64,000 nt of DNA from contig MU063496.1 of NCBI GenBank assembly GCA_013265495.1, forward strand, positions 4,960,739 to 5,024,738, read 5' to 3'. This DNA comes from Vicugna vicugna. Its lineage: Eukaryota. The position numbers and the translations under genes were made by a program. This document shows positions 49,501-62,494 of the stretch, in pieces (positions within the stretch are counted from its first letter, which is position 1; each line of letters starts with the position of its first letter). The notes beneath the pieces were generated by a model. It saw only the letters and a program-made list of their open reading frames with translations. It searched no databases and was not told the origin of the DNA.

Positions 49501-52500
49501 AGTGGGGACCAGAGCCCAGAGGCACTGCCTCCCAGGACTCCCTGCAGGAAGCCGCATGAGGAAAGTCACTGTGAACTACTGTCTGAGCAACTTGCATGGC
49601 CCGCTCTTGGCAGGAGGACAGGCCTGGCTTGTAGCAAGACCAACACAGAGCACCCTGGGGCCCTGCTTACCCTGCGTCTGAAACTCCGCCAGGAAGGAGG
49701 AATGTCCTAGAAGTTTGGCCCTGTGTTGGGTGTTTCTGAGAGTGCTCTCCCATGCTGGATTTAATGAATAAATTATAATAACTTTTGCATTTTTATCCAA
49801 GTTGTGCATGTTTATCTGCCTTCCCCACACAATTTCCCTCCCCCTCTTCTGCATACTGTATTTCTTTTCATGCCACTGAATATTATTTTGTAAACGCTGC
49901 TTCTCAGTAATTGCTGATAAAGATGCACACCTCCTTGTTCTGTGTTTATAAGTGTATGCGCTCAGAGCCAGGAGCCCGGGGAGGAATGTGTGGAAGGTAG
50001 TATGTTTACACTTCCAAGGGGAGGTTACTCTTTTAAAGAGCAGAGAAATGGAAAGAGGAAAATGGTGTATATGACCCCTGATGGTGTGTGAGCTCCTTAG
50101 GGGACAGAAGGTGTCTGACCATGTCTGTCTCCAGGCCCGAAAAAGAGGCTTACATGCTGCAGCACATCATTGCATCTGGGGAATACGTGCATTCATGACC
50201 GGGCTGGGCGGCCAAATGAATGGGCGGAAAGATAGATGCCAAAGCATCAAAATCCGATCTCATTTGGGTGGTGTGTGAGGGAGCCTTCACTCCCTTAACT
50301 CCTCTGGATTTCATTACAGTATTTTGTCACAGATTTATTCTGCCTAGTTCTCAGGATTGCTTTATGTTCTTAGTGGGAAAAGGTGATTTCTATAATTTTT
50401 AAAGAGCATACTTACTCTTTCCCCCCCAAGTGCTCAGAGTAACTATGATTGAGAGATCAAACTCCAGGAGGAGAGTTAACAAAGCATAAAAATTAGCCTG
50501 AATGTGACTTCCAATATGCAATCTTTAGTTTTCTACTCTTTTTGCTAGTTTATTAAATAACCTTTCTTGGAAGGTCTACTAATTCCTTTGAAAGAAGATA
50601 CTTTCCATTGTATGATAATAGACTGAGCACTGTTATTATTAGGGTGTTTTGAAGGACAGGGAATGGTATTTAGAACTGAGATACAGTTCTAGGAAATTAA
50701 ATAAAATCCACTGACCAGAAAAAAATGTAATGTGATAGGGCAGGAGAAGAAATAGCCTTTGCCAAAAACCTCAACCACAAAAATAGTATTTATATGCAGC
50801 AAATCCTGAAGTTTAACTTTTAAATTAGTAAGTGAAAAGGATGATACGATTTGAAATCAGCTTCCTCTTTGAACTGGCATTCAAGACTCAGAATAAATGG
50901 GCTTCTTCATTGCAGAACTGATCTTTGTAACCAACAACTCATCTCTACCAAGAGCACTTTAGTTGAGAATTAAGAGAAGTCATTGCTAAGAAGCTTGTCT
51001 TCTTAAACCATGAGTGACTTTCAAAGAAACAAATATCAAATTGGGAAATCCCTGCCAATCTTGCCTTTCAAAGTCTAGGTTTGGGTATATTTTTTTTTCC
51101 CAAAAATTACATTTATTTTACAAGTAATCAGTCTCTTGACAGAGTTTTCTGTCTTTTTGTCATTCTTGAAAAGCATAGTGAGCCTCAGGTTGACTCAGCC
51201 AAACAGTCAACTTCCTAAAGAGCTTGTTGGAGATGCATGAAGAAAACACCAGGACCTGGGTGCTTTCGAGATCAGAGCCATGATCAGAATGAGAAGGGGC
51301 GTTCGGACTGGCCCTGCCTGTCCAACTCCCCTCGTTTTATCTTTCTTCCTCTTTTAATGAGTTCCCCACATCCCCTCTGCCCCTCTCCCACCCTTGACCT
51401 CTCAGTCCTGCCAGCTGCTATTCTCCCTTTCTCTGTAGCCTCCAACTCAAATCCTCTTAAGAGAACAGGCTAAAGCCTGTTGTAGACCCTAAAGTGATTA
51501 ATTACTTAGTAGGAACTTCACTAAACTTCCCAGTTGGGTTTTTTTAGTTTTGAAAATCAAACAAAGTTCAAAAAGTAAACATTGCAGGTTGACATCCCAG
51601 CCCAAAGAAGAGGAAAAATGTCTCATGTTAAATTTTTTGGCACATAACAGAATTTATGAGCGTTTTCAGTGTTTTGATTTTTTCTCCCAGTCACTGTTAT
51701 TCCTTACCCCCCCAGAGTTAGGTGTGGAGAGATTATGTTGGCTGGTTTCCATGGTGACACCAAAGAAAAGTAATTTTTCAAAGTAGGTTTCTACTGTGTT
51801 ATTTCACATGCATGAAACATCAACATCTATGCTGTGTGGCTGTTACCCCCAAATGCAAAGACATATAAATGGTTGGAGTATTTTATATAAATAGACAAGT
51901 GGGGGTGATATTTTCCTTGGTCTCCTGCCGACCCTAATAACAAAAGCCTCTCAGTTACCCAGGGCACCTGGGAGGGAGCGAGGGAACAGTTCTGCTCAGT
52001 GTTAAGCAACCTTCTCTCCTATGAATAACCATTGAAAAAACCCCACAGCTTGCATTTAAAGTCCACCCCCTCCAACCAAAATGTTAGGGCTCAGATGAGA
52101 AGTTCCCTCGGGGGCTGTGTGTTCAAATAACCAGAACTTTAAAAACCTTAATCTGTGTTTTCAGTCTAGCTTACCTGGTCAGCCACTGCAGGTACCCACT
52201 TATCTGTCCAAGGAGTCATCCAGAACCTTCCTGCGCCAGGAAGCACGCAGTTGCCTCCAGCCACTCGGAGAGATGAGGTTAGGGAAGCTGCACTTTGGGT
52301 AGCAGAAGTCTGGTAACGTTCTTGCCTCTTCTCTGCCACCCCAGCACTGCACACACATGTCATGTCACTTACTTTCTTGAAGACAGCAAGTCAAAGGGAA
52401 GTGAATGGAAGAACTGAATCATTGTTTCCCTTACGTGTAGCCATGGTTGGATGTGCTTGTTACATCACGTAACTGAGACTCCTTGGTTTGGGGAGAAATA

Positions 52501-52866
52501 AAAGGGAAAGCAGTGCCTTCTCTTTGGAGAATAGCATCATCTTGCATGTGGGGAGTGCCTTTAACTATTCCAAGTTCTCTCTTGCATGTGATTTTATGGG
52601 GACGTTCAAATAATAGTGGAAGATAGTTTTAGAGTTTCTCCTTGTTCTAAAGCTACGGGGACACAACTCTGTCCAGCACGTGAGGAACGAAACCGAGTCA
52701 AGAATTCAGGACCCGTGATTGCCCCCCAAATCTTGTGTTACTAGTCATTCCCTCGGCATCTTCCACAATAGCCACTCAGCTCAGAGAGGAGGTGAGCGAG
52801 TACAGGCCACTGATTTCTGGGACTGGGTCTCAGACACGCACAGACTGATAGGAGGAGTTCACTCTT

Positions 52867-53618
52867 TTTTCTTTTTTAATGGAGGTACAACCGATTTTCA
52901 GTGTTGTGTTAGTTTCAACATAGTGATTTGTTTATACCTATATATACATATATATTCCTTTTCATATTCTTTTTCATTATAGGCCATTACAAGGTATTAA
53001 ATATAGTTCTCTGTGCTATACAGTAGGACCTTGTTGTTTATCTATTTTATATATAGTAGTTTGTATCTACAAATCCTGAACCCGCAGTGTATCCCTCCCC
53101 ACGCCCTTGACCTCTGGTAATCATAAGTTTGCTTTATATGTCTGTCAGTCTGTGTCTGTTTTGTAAAGAAATTCATTTGTGTGCCTTTTTTAGATTCCAC
53201 ACGTAAGTGATATCACAAGATCTTTTTCTTTCTCTTTCTGGCTTACTTCGCTTAGTATGATGATCTCCACATCCGTCTATGTTGCTGCAAATGGCATTAT
53301 TTCATTCTTTCCTATGACTGAGTAGTATTCCAGTGTGTGTATATACATATACCACAACTTCTTTATCCAGTCATCTGATGATGGGCATTTAGGCTGTTTC
53401 CGTGTCTTGGCTATTGTAAGTAGTGCTGCTGTGAACATTGGGGTATGTGTATCTTTTCGAATTAGTTTCTTCCAGATATATGCCCAGGAGTGGGATTGCT
53501 GGATCATATGGTAAGTCTATTTTTAGTCTTTTGAGGACTCTCCATACTATTTTCCATAATGGCTGCACCAAACTGCATTCCCATCAGCAGCATAGGAAGG
53601 CTCCCTTTTCTCCACACC
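52867..53618 (-). mobile_element. 5'-truncated L1 with frameshifted ORF2 C-terminus
   Basis: ORFs 53389-53571(-) [31 protein letters not shown] and 53277-53507(-) [32 protein letters not shown]...KNEIMPFAAT match L1 ORF2. Probable TSD aggaggagttcactctt (52850-52866) / aggaggagctggctctt (53619-53635), 14/17 match. Confidence 0.95.
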
Positions 53619-53639
53619 AGGAGGAGCTGGCTCTTTAAT

Positions 53640-53960
53640 TGAGAAGTATTTATTGAGCACTGGCTACGTGTCAGCTGCTGCTCTAGGCAGAGAGGGCCCA
53701 AATAGCTGAGAACCCCTCCATCCCAGTGGGGGAGGTGCAGATGATGAACAAGTGAGTAAAGTGTGTAACGTGTCAGATGATAGGTGTGAAGGAGAAAACA
53801 CAGCAGGGAGGGAGGGAGGCACTCGGGGAGGAGAAGGAGTCTCGCAGTCCTAAATAGGGCAGGCAGAGAGGGTCTTATGGAGGGAGACATTTGAACAAAA
53901 GGTTCAAAGTGCTAAAGGAGCAAGGTTTTGAGGATCTGGGGGAAAAGAAATCCAGGCAGA
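53640..53960 (-). mobile_element. L2 3' fragment
   Basis: gtatttattgagcactggctacgtgtcagctgctgctctaggc...ggagggagacatttgaacaaa. Confidence 0.75.
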
Positions 53961-54433
53961 GAGAAGAGCAGGGAGGCGGGGAAGCCGCATAATTCGCTTT
54001 CCTTAAATCTGCAGATGCCATGCTTGTACTTGCTGCATGTGTTTGTGTTCATGCGTGTATGTGTGTATTTGAAAACTTTTCTCAAATTCTGAGCTTGGTC
54101 CATGGCTTTAATTTTTGCCTTAATGACTTCCTGCACTTGGGAAGCTCTCTGATAGATGCATTCAGAAGGTTGTCATCCTCAGTCCTGGGTTGGTGTCGGA
54201 TTACCTATGTGGGAAACACTGAATTACTTTGGCACTGAGTGGATCTTGGGGTGGTGGCTGTATTTTCTTGCTTTTCAATGCAGATCATTGAAAACATGTC
54301 AGGGCCCTGATCTCAAGTGTTTCTCTTAAATAGGGGAGAATCATGTTCTTATGTGCAGGGGGTATAGGAAGGGACTTGAGGTGGGGGAGGGGGTGGGCAG
54401 AAGGGTTCTTATATTTTAAATGCTAGTCAGCTG

Positions 54434-54685
54434 NNNNNNNNNNNNNNNNNNNNNNNNNNNNNNNNNNNNNNNNNNNNNNNNNNNNNNNNNNNNNNNNNNN
54501 NNNNNNNNNNNNNNNNNNNNNNNNNNNNNNNNNNNNNNNNNNNNNNNNNNNNNNNNNNNNNNNNNNNNNNNNNNNNNNNNNNNNNNNNNNNNNNNNNNNN
54601 NNNNNNNNNNNNNNNNNNNNNNNNNNNNNNNNNNNNNNNNNNNNNNNNNNNNNNNNNNNNNNNNNNNNNNNNNNNNNNNNNNNNN
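54434..54685. other. N-block 7 (252 bp)
   Basis: Run of N counted from the sequence. Confidence 0.97.
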
Positions 54686-54939
54686 GGCGAGCCCCAGCCC
54701 CATCGGGGTTAGCCGGGAGGAGGCTGAGGGCAGGAGGGGAGGAGAGGCTGCCCCAGGGCATCGGGCGAGTTAGAGGCGGGCGAGGGGCCTGGCTCCCGTT
54801 GCAGCAGCCAGAGTGACAGTGATTCTGGCATCTCTCTTTCCGTTCAGTTCTCTCCTCTTGAGTCTTGCTGGGCCCCGAGCTGGCTGCCATCTTGACAAAT
54901 GTGGATGAGAGGAGTCCCTGTTCTCTGGACACTCACAGC

Positions 54940-55270
54940 CTCATGGGAGGTGAATGAACAACTGTTGTTCTGTGTGATGAGTGTTGTCAGTAGGACAGAC
55001 ACCAGCCTGAAAGACCCCAGGGGAGGACTGGGTTCTACAGAAGGGAGAGGAGCGGGGGGATTTGCGTGACATTTCAGAGACTCAGCAAGTGAGTAGTGCT
55101 TAGGGGAGCTCCAAGCAAAGGGATCTGCATGTGCAAAGGCACAGACATTAAAGGGTCCCTCTCAGTCTTGGGTAGTCCATGCTGGCTGGAGATGGGGAGC
55201 AGGGCAGGGTGGGAGGGTGGGGGATGAGACTTGCACAGCAGACTGGGTTAGAATACCAAGGGGCTTGGGT
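54940..55270 (-). mobile_element. L2 fragment
   Basis: ccaagcaaagggatctgcatgtgcaaaggcacagac...catgctggctggagatggggagcagg is typical L2 body. Confidence 0.6.
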
Positions 55271-58200
55271 GCTCGTGTAGAAAGCTCCTTTTCAAATTAT
55301 GCACCACTTCAGAGGTCCTGATTCACCCCCGACAAAGGGTCAGCGTCCCACCCAGTGAGAGAGCCCACTTCCGTCAGTCATTGATGGGAACATGCTGGTC
55401 TTCTTTAGATACGACAGGGCAGGAGACGTAAGTGCTGAAAGTCCCCGCTCTCACTGAGGGGAGCCCATGGAGGTTCATAGGTGAGGAATGAAATATAAGA
55501 TGGTTAATGTCAGAAGGGCGCCGGCCAAAGCTGTGGTGTAGAATTCTGAGTGTGTGGTGGGGTGAGCCTGCAGACCCTGGGTTGGATGTAAGTGGGAGAT
55601 CATGGTCGAGATACGAACAAAGACGAAGGCAGAAGGAATCCATTCCCAGAGGGCTTTCAGCGTCCCCCTGCTGAGGTTCCTCAGGGAGCTGAATGGGGAC
55701 CCTCCCGAGCCCTCTTGTGTTGATCCTAGGAGATCCGTCTTTCCTGGTTAGTAAGGAGGGCTATAGCCCAAGACACAGCGTCCTGCAAAAAGCAGGCCCT
55801 GAGTGTATGTTTCACAGACTGGCCCCAGGCCTGCAGTCCGGGCAGCTTCCTAATCACAGCCACAGTCCCCGTCTGCGGCTCCACTCTCCCCGCCTCCGCC
55901 GTGCTGCTGGCCGCAGTGCTGGTCTTTAAAAAACCAAACAATGACAGCCCACTCCCCTCTCGCTCCTTAAGCACATCACAGCCCGCAGGATGTCCTCTCT
56001 GCTCCCTCTCTCCATCCTGTGCTTTGAAGAATGGCTCAGTTTCTCTGACTTGATCATGTAACAAGATGCTCTGAAATGAACCAGCAGCTTGAGGTGGGAG
56101 TACAAGCCCAGGGAAAGGAATGCAGGGGAAATGCGACAGCAGGGCCTGAAACCCAAAGCAAATGGTCAGAATGAGCAGCACATGGGGAACGTGGAACAGA
56201 GAGAAGAGCGTAAAATCATAGCCACATCTGACATCTCTCAAAATGTCGAGAAACAGAGGAAGTAACACATGTGGCTCTCTTCAAGTCAGAAAGACTACTC
56301 TCCACCATTCCATGGTGGTGTGAGGAGACTCTTCTGGAAGTTTCGAACCCTCTGCACATTGTTCTCCCAGGCCTTTTATTTCTTCTGCTTTGGCCAGTAA
56401 GTTCATGAATGAGTGAGTAAGTTCAGTTCTGAGAAATGCTTGGTCTTTAGCACTTTCTCCAGGCACAAAATAATAGACTAAATTGATGCTTTCCAAAGTG
56501 CGTGTGAAGGACAGTAACTTGGGATGGGAGGAGAAAAATCTAGAACTACCTTTTCCACTTATTTTTAACCTTACTCTTTTAGATGTATTTATTGTGTATC
56601 TGTTTTAGAAATACCTTAGTACAGTGGTATATGATTACAGTGTATAAATACGTTAAAATATATTGGCAGAGTTATGTGATTGGTTTGTTTTCCTGTTGTT
56701 GCCCATTGGGAGGCACATGATCAACATGTGCAGACCACCTAGTTACCAGGGTTACTAGCTGGGGTGTGGACTGAATGCTCTAGAATTGTGAGTTTCCTTA
56801 TGGAATCAGGGGCACTACCTGGGTGGTCTGTTTCCCCTGAGCCTACAGGATCGCCTGTCAGATCCTCTGAGAACCTAAAACTCTCCACATCTGTAGTCAG
56901 AACCCAGGGAAAAGGGAATTCGCCAAAAATCACACTGGACAAAAGATGACCATGTTTATTTAACCTGTAATCAGATTGCAGGTGGCAGCAGCACAGGTGG
57001 AAGTCACCCTCAGGGACCGTCACCCTCACACTTGGCTCCTTCATGGCCCTCTCCCAGTGCTGTCTTTGTGTTTAGGGGTGGAGGGTGTGTGTGCCTGTTC
57101 GTTTCGCCTCCCAGCACCTTCATCCAGGCCATGATGGGAGGAAGTACCATGGTGTTGTGAGCCTCCCCGTCCATCCACAGCACCCCCACACCAACAGAAC
57201 CGTATGACAGCATAAAGTCGTTACAGCCAAACCGCAGAGCCAGGAACCTGGCGCTGCCCTTGCATGCTCTTTACCTTTTTTGCAGTCATCTAGCTTTTCT
57301 TTTTTTTTCTTTCCTGGCTTACACTCCACCTAGCTCAACCTCAGATAGCCCATCAATGCTGGGGAAGCGGGTGGCATCAGGATGCCCTTCACTCCTGCTG
57401 TCAGCCGTGTCTCCACGGCTCAGGGACTCTTGCCCACCCACCCCACCACCCAGGCGTCTCCCCCCTTGGGAGTGTCCTCACTCCATCCTCATCTGCTAGC
57501 CCTTGACCATTAGGCAGCCTGTCCCTGAATGATGGGGCTCTTCTAGAGATGGGTGCTGCTGAGACCCGGAAGGCTCTCCCATATTATGCAGACAGGACCC
57601 CTGAGCCCTCCAGCTGCAGGTGCTTCTCCTCAGTAGCTTATGAACAGCCTCATTTTTTCATCCAAAAAAGCAGCCCTTACAATTTTTCCCCTTTTCCTTT
57701 TTCCCCTTTTCCTCTCCAGCCATGTGTATCACACAGCTCTGTATTAATGGTGATCTTTCTACATGCTGGACAATAGGTATAGCTCTTGTGTAAGAACACA
57801 CCATCACCAGCAAATGGAAGACAGGATCCATTAAGGCCATCAGTGGCCCCGTTTTGGTCCTGTTGAAATGGGAGATGGACCACATCTGTTTTAAATCAAT
57901 GGATTGAAATGAGCTGGTGAGCAGAGTCCTGAAGGAAGTGAGCCAGGATGGAATCTGGGCTCTCCTTCCATTGGAAGGGCTTCTGCCCACAGCTCCCAGT
58001 GGTGCTCAGAGAACTCAGGCTCTCAAGTGTGTTTTGTGTCTCCTGCCATAAAGTCGTGGTGGAAGCTGTTCCCCTGAGGAGGTCATGACTCTCGAGGAGC
58101 TTAGTGCGTAGGCGTCCCCAGGTCCATGTGACGTGCGGTAGGAAGGGCCCGCCACCCCTCATGCTGAGTGTCAGCAACCTCTCACTGGCTGGGAGCTTCC

Positions 58201-61200
58201 CGTTCAGGCAAAGCACTTAGAGCAGATATCTCAGGGAGGGCCTGGTCTTATTCTCAAGTGGATGTGTTTTATAGTGAAGAACTCAGGAAGCAGCCAAGGA
58301 AGATGTGATCTTTCCTCAGGATGTTCTGTACTCTCCATCCTCTCTCAGTGGGGAGTTACTGGCAGGAGGTGGGGCCGTCCCCACACATCACAAGACACTT
58401 GGCAACTGCTCTGCTCATTAAATGCTGGTAGCACTGGCCATCACCTTGACACCCAAAACGTGGCCCCCTACACTTCCAAATACTCTCTGAGGAGGGGAGG
58501 GAAGGGGAAGAGCCCACCTTCTTTCCATAGAGTGGGTGTGGCTAACCCACTATTCCACTGAGTCCTGACTGCGTTGTTCAGTACATTTTGGAAAGAGAAG
58601 GAACGTTGGTCCCCAGAGGAGGTGCCCAACTCTGGTCCAAGATGTTGCCATGTGTTAACCCAACTATGCCGGCCATTTATGGATTTGTTTGCATCACCCA
58701 ATAGTAACAGTACAGAGAGACGTACACGTTCCAGCTCTAGAATTAGATCTACAAGTCAGTAAGCTGTAGCGTGTGTCTCTGTGTTTGTGATGATCCGTGT
58801 GTGGGAACCAGACAGTTGGAAAAGTGTCCCAGATGCAGAGAACATTTTTACTACCAACAAAAAATTACTTTCGAAGAACACACTTCTTTTGTTTGGTTTC
58901 TTATTTTACACCGACCATCTCTGCTCTGCTAAAGAATGTAGACTGCTTGTTAGTTGAACTAGCTGGCAGTGAATTTATAAAGCAGACGAAACCTGTTGTC
59001 ATTCATTTGATAAGTCATGAATTTTAAGCCCAGTTAGAAAAATCTTTATCATGCTTTCCTCTGCATTTAGACACGTAGCACGTGCCACTTTGCGAGTGCA
59101 GTATGGAGGCTGAGTACGTAGATTTGTTGTAAATGAAATATTAAAGCTTTATAGACTATTTTTATTTCCTTCTATTTGCACTTCCTCTTCCAGCTCCTAA
59201 TAGCCACATGCACAGTCTTTAAAGGAAGCCAAGTTTAGAGAATTTTAATGAAGGGAGTTTACTGAATGGGGTGAGGGGAGCCACGCTGACCCCATAGCAT
59301 ACCTTTGCCACACGATCAGAGGCTTCTGTAGAAGCTCTTCTGGAAAATACCGCTTCTTGCCAGAAGCTGTCCTACATTGTCAGGGAAAAGGTATTGGGTG
59401 CGGGTGTCAAACATGACTAATGAGGCATGAGGAGTCGACAGCAAAATAACAGAGATTATAGGTACCGAGGACTTGCGACTGAAGCGTGAATGGCAGTGTG
59501 GATGTGTGAGTGACACCAAGAAGGGGGGACGGCACCGAGGGGCCGCATCCATCACACGTGCACGAAGAATGAGCAATTTCAGTTGTGTGATTGATATCTC
59601 CTCATATGATACAGTGGGGTAGAAAAAAAATCTCAATTGTTTTTCTCGTTAAATGATGCGGTTCCTGCCAGTGTTCAGGTTTGGCAGCAAACTTCCCAAA
59701 ATCTTCTAAGATAAGCCAGAGTCATCTTTTATCTGTTTCTCAGATTTACACAACTTGTTTTATTGTGAAACCGTCAGAAAGGACAAGGCGTATTTTACTC
59801 ATTAACTTTTCTTGTCACCAGACATGACAGTAACAGCGCAGGTTCGCGGGTGTATACTTAGCTCCAAACCAGCCAAGTTGTATACGTTCATTATGTGCAG
59901 CTTCACAAAAGAAAAACAGTGCAGGGTTCTGCTGCCCTGGGCCCCAGGGGCTCTGAGCAGTACGTCGTGCCTTCCTGAAGCCTGTATTCCACATGGAGGT
60001 GACCAGGAAAAAACATCAAAGAACAGTACCACGAGTTGTAACCGTGGCAAAGGCTGCACCCGAGTAGATCAACCCACTACAGCGCTCGGAGATTTCAGAT
60101 GAGTTAGCAGGGCCCAAAACTCAAACTTCACGGGACAGGACGGGGCGTCTTTCCTTAGCGGCGCTGCAGGGCCCAGCTCCGGGCCCCTCGCCCTGTCAGT
60201 GCTCGCTGAGTGACAGTCGCTGTGTTTCTATTTGTTCATTACCCTCAGGGGTGACTGCCATAGAGGTGACTTGTAAGGACTGTCTTTTTGGATGAGAAGC
60301 AGGCGTCTAGGGAGGAAGGAAGAGAGGAGCAGAAGCAAAACGAAACCAGGTGGGGCGGCTTCCCTCCCGGGGCCCCTCTGCCAGCCCTCCCAGAGAAGGG
60401 AGGGGGTGAGGTTAACGTGAGGAGTGCCGATCCTCCTGAAGGCGCCTCCACATGATAGATGGAGCCAGGACAGGTTTCTAAACAGCTGTTATTCAGATTA
60501 GAGGCAGGGACTTGATGTATTGCCCCCATTAGAAAGTGTCCTAATGGGAAGGGCCTGCACTTTCTCCGGGTCCCCTCGGAATTAAACAATTGGAGTATTT
60601 TAAATCGAGGGTCATAAGTGTCAACAAGATGAAGAGCTTTGCCTCTTGATTAAAAGAGGCCTATAAGTTACGTAGGAAGTTTTTGCCGGTGCGAGTTGCA
60701 CATGGTGGCTCTTCTGAAGCATCTTTGAGCCCAGGGTGAATCCAGCTGTTGTCCTGAGGAGAGAGCAGGACGCTGAGACTGAAAACGCAGCTGGAGAACT
60801 TAAGTCACACACTTTCGGGGAGGATTGTTCCTGCTGACCGTAGGGTTCGGGGGCGGTAGCGCCTCTCAGATTTCTCTGCCAGATTGTCCCCATGGCAGAG
60901 ATCACGTCATCCTGGCAGGCTGGGATGGGGACCCAGGTGGTACACTTCCGTTTCTTAACCTATTTGCATTTGCCTCAGGACCAGTAGTGTCTTAGTTACC
61001 TATCAGGTTAATTACCAGCCCCTCCTTTCCAGTCTTGAGATGAAAGTCAAGCTCCAGGACCAGGCCTTGTCCTGGAAATTGGCATCCCTCCAGGCACAGC
61101 ACTCTGCACCCAGTTTGAGAAGCTCTGGTGGATGGTCTTGGCCCCAGAGCACAGGCACAGGGGCGGCCCCCACGGCCCCAGGTGCGGTCTCACGCCCAGC

Positions 61201-62475
61201 AGAGTCCCTCCAGTGTCCTTTTCACCCCCTTGGACGGAAGATAATGATGCAGCCCTAGCCCTAGAGGAAGGCTGCAGACTTTCCAAGAGTAAGAGGAGAA
61301 CAGAAGGCGGGGTGAGGAGGGAGAGAACAGAGCCTAAGCAGCCGTGGTGAGGGCGACAGCGTCTGGAGCGAGAGGCGCCAGATGTCTCTAGGTAGATGCC
61401 CTTATGGCAGCTCTTCTGGAGAGAGAGGAGAATCCCAGCAATATTAACAGGGTTACAACAAATGAAAATTGGAAAATAAACAGATGGAACATGCCGCATA
61501 GTTTAGGTTTTATCATCAATAATTCTGAATCTGCAAGTGAAGATGGCTAACTGTAGTTGAAACCATCTGCCTTTCACTTTAAGATAACTGTGTGGAATGC
61601 TACTCTCCACCCCGGGGAGAGTGCAGGGAGGCAAGGGAGGGCGGGAGAGGGAGAGAGAATCATTATTCTCAGCTGTCCTGTCAAAACAAACATGTCATCG
61701 CGCCTTGTGGAAAGGTCAAGTGCAGATGGACACCATCCATCTCTAGAGACTGGAGTCAGCAGACGGCACCCACATGGCTCTTTCTGGGCTTGGGAGGACC
61801 CCTTCTGGCTGCCCTTCTGATTTCAAGTGTAAGCACCTTAAAGGCAGGCTCCTCATTTCTTCTCACAGGCTGGGTTCGGCTTCCAGTGTCTGATCTGTGC
61901 AGGGAGGACGAACTCGGCCCAGTGCGTGGTGCCCCCAGCCCGCGCTGTGCTCCCCGTGGTCTTTCAAGTATTTTGGAGGCTTAACTGTGGTCCCAAACTG
62001 TGCTGTGGGTCTGAAAGGCCATGAGTCCGATGGGAAAGAGAGATTTCTGCCCTAGGGGGTTAGAACCGGGTGAAGCCAGTGTCTCCACATCAGGGGACTG
62101 CTGATTCTGAGTGATCACCAGCCCAGATCACACCTTGTCTTCATCACCTACTTTTTGAAAATTAGCTTTTTATGCAGAAGACAATATCCTAACAACCTTG
62201 AGGAAATAAATGTAAATGGCAGATCACCCACAAACTGTTCCACGTTACACGTTCCCTTTCCCTAGACTAACCTGAGAAACGTGGAGTAAAGCTTTTCTCA
62301 CTTTGTAAATTGTTTCACCAAGAACACTCTTATGTGAGGTGCAGATGAGGGTGTAATCTTTTTTGGTTTTCTATTATGACACCAGCTGGCTCTTTTATTG
62401 AGCTTTCATGAACACTTAAAAAGATAACTAAAAACAGAAAAACCAACCCCAACTATCTAAAGGGGTTTCTGAAAA

Positions 62476-62494
62476 GTGTGTGTGTGTGTGTGTG
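62476..62494 (+). repeat. (GT)n microsatellite
   Basis: gtgtgtgtgtgtgtgtgtg read directly. Confidence 0.9.

Noticed and set aside
61352-61387. BMP-response composite (GGCGCC or GGCGAC followed by GTCT)
   Set aside because: Spacers are 4 and 3 nt rather than the 5 nt required for the SMAD1/5-SMAD4 composite.
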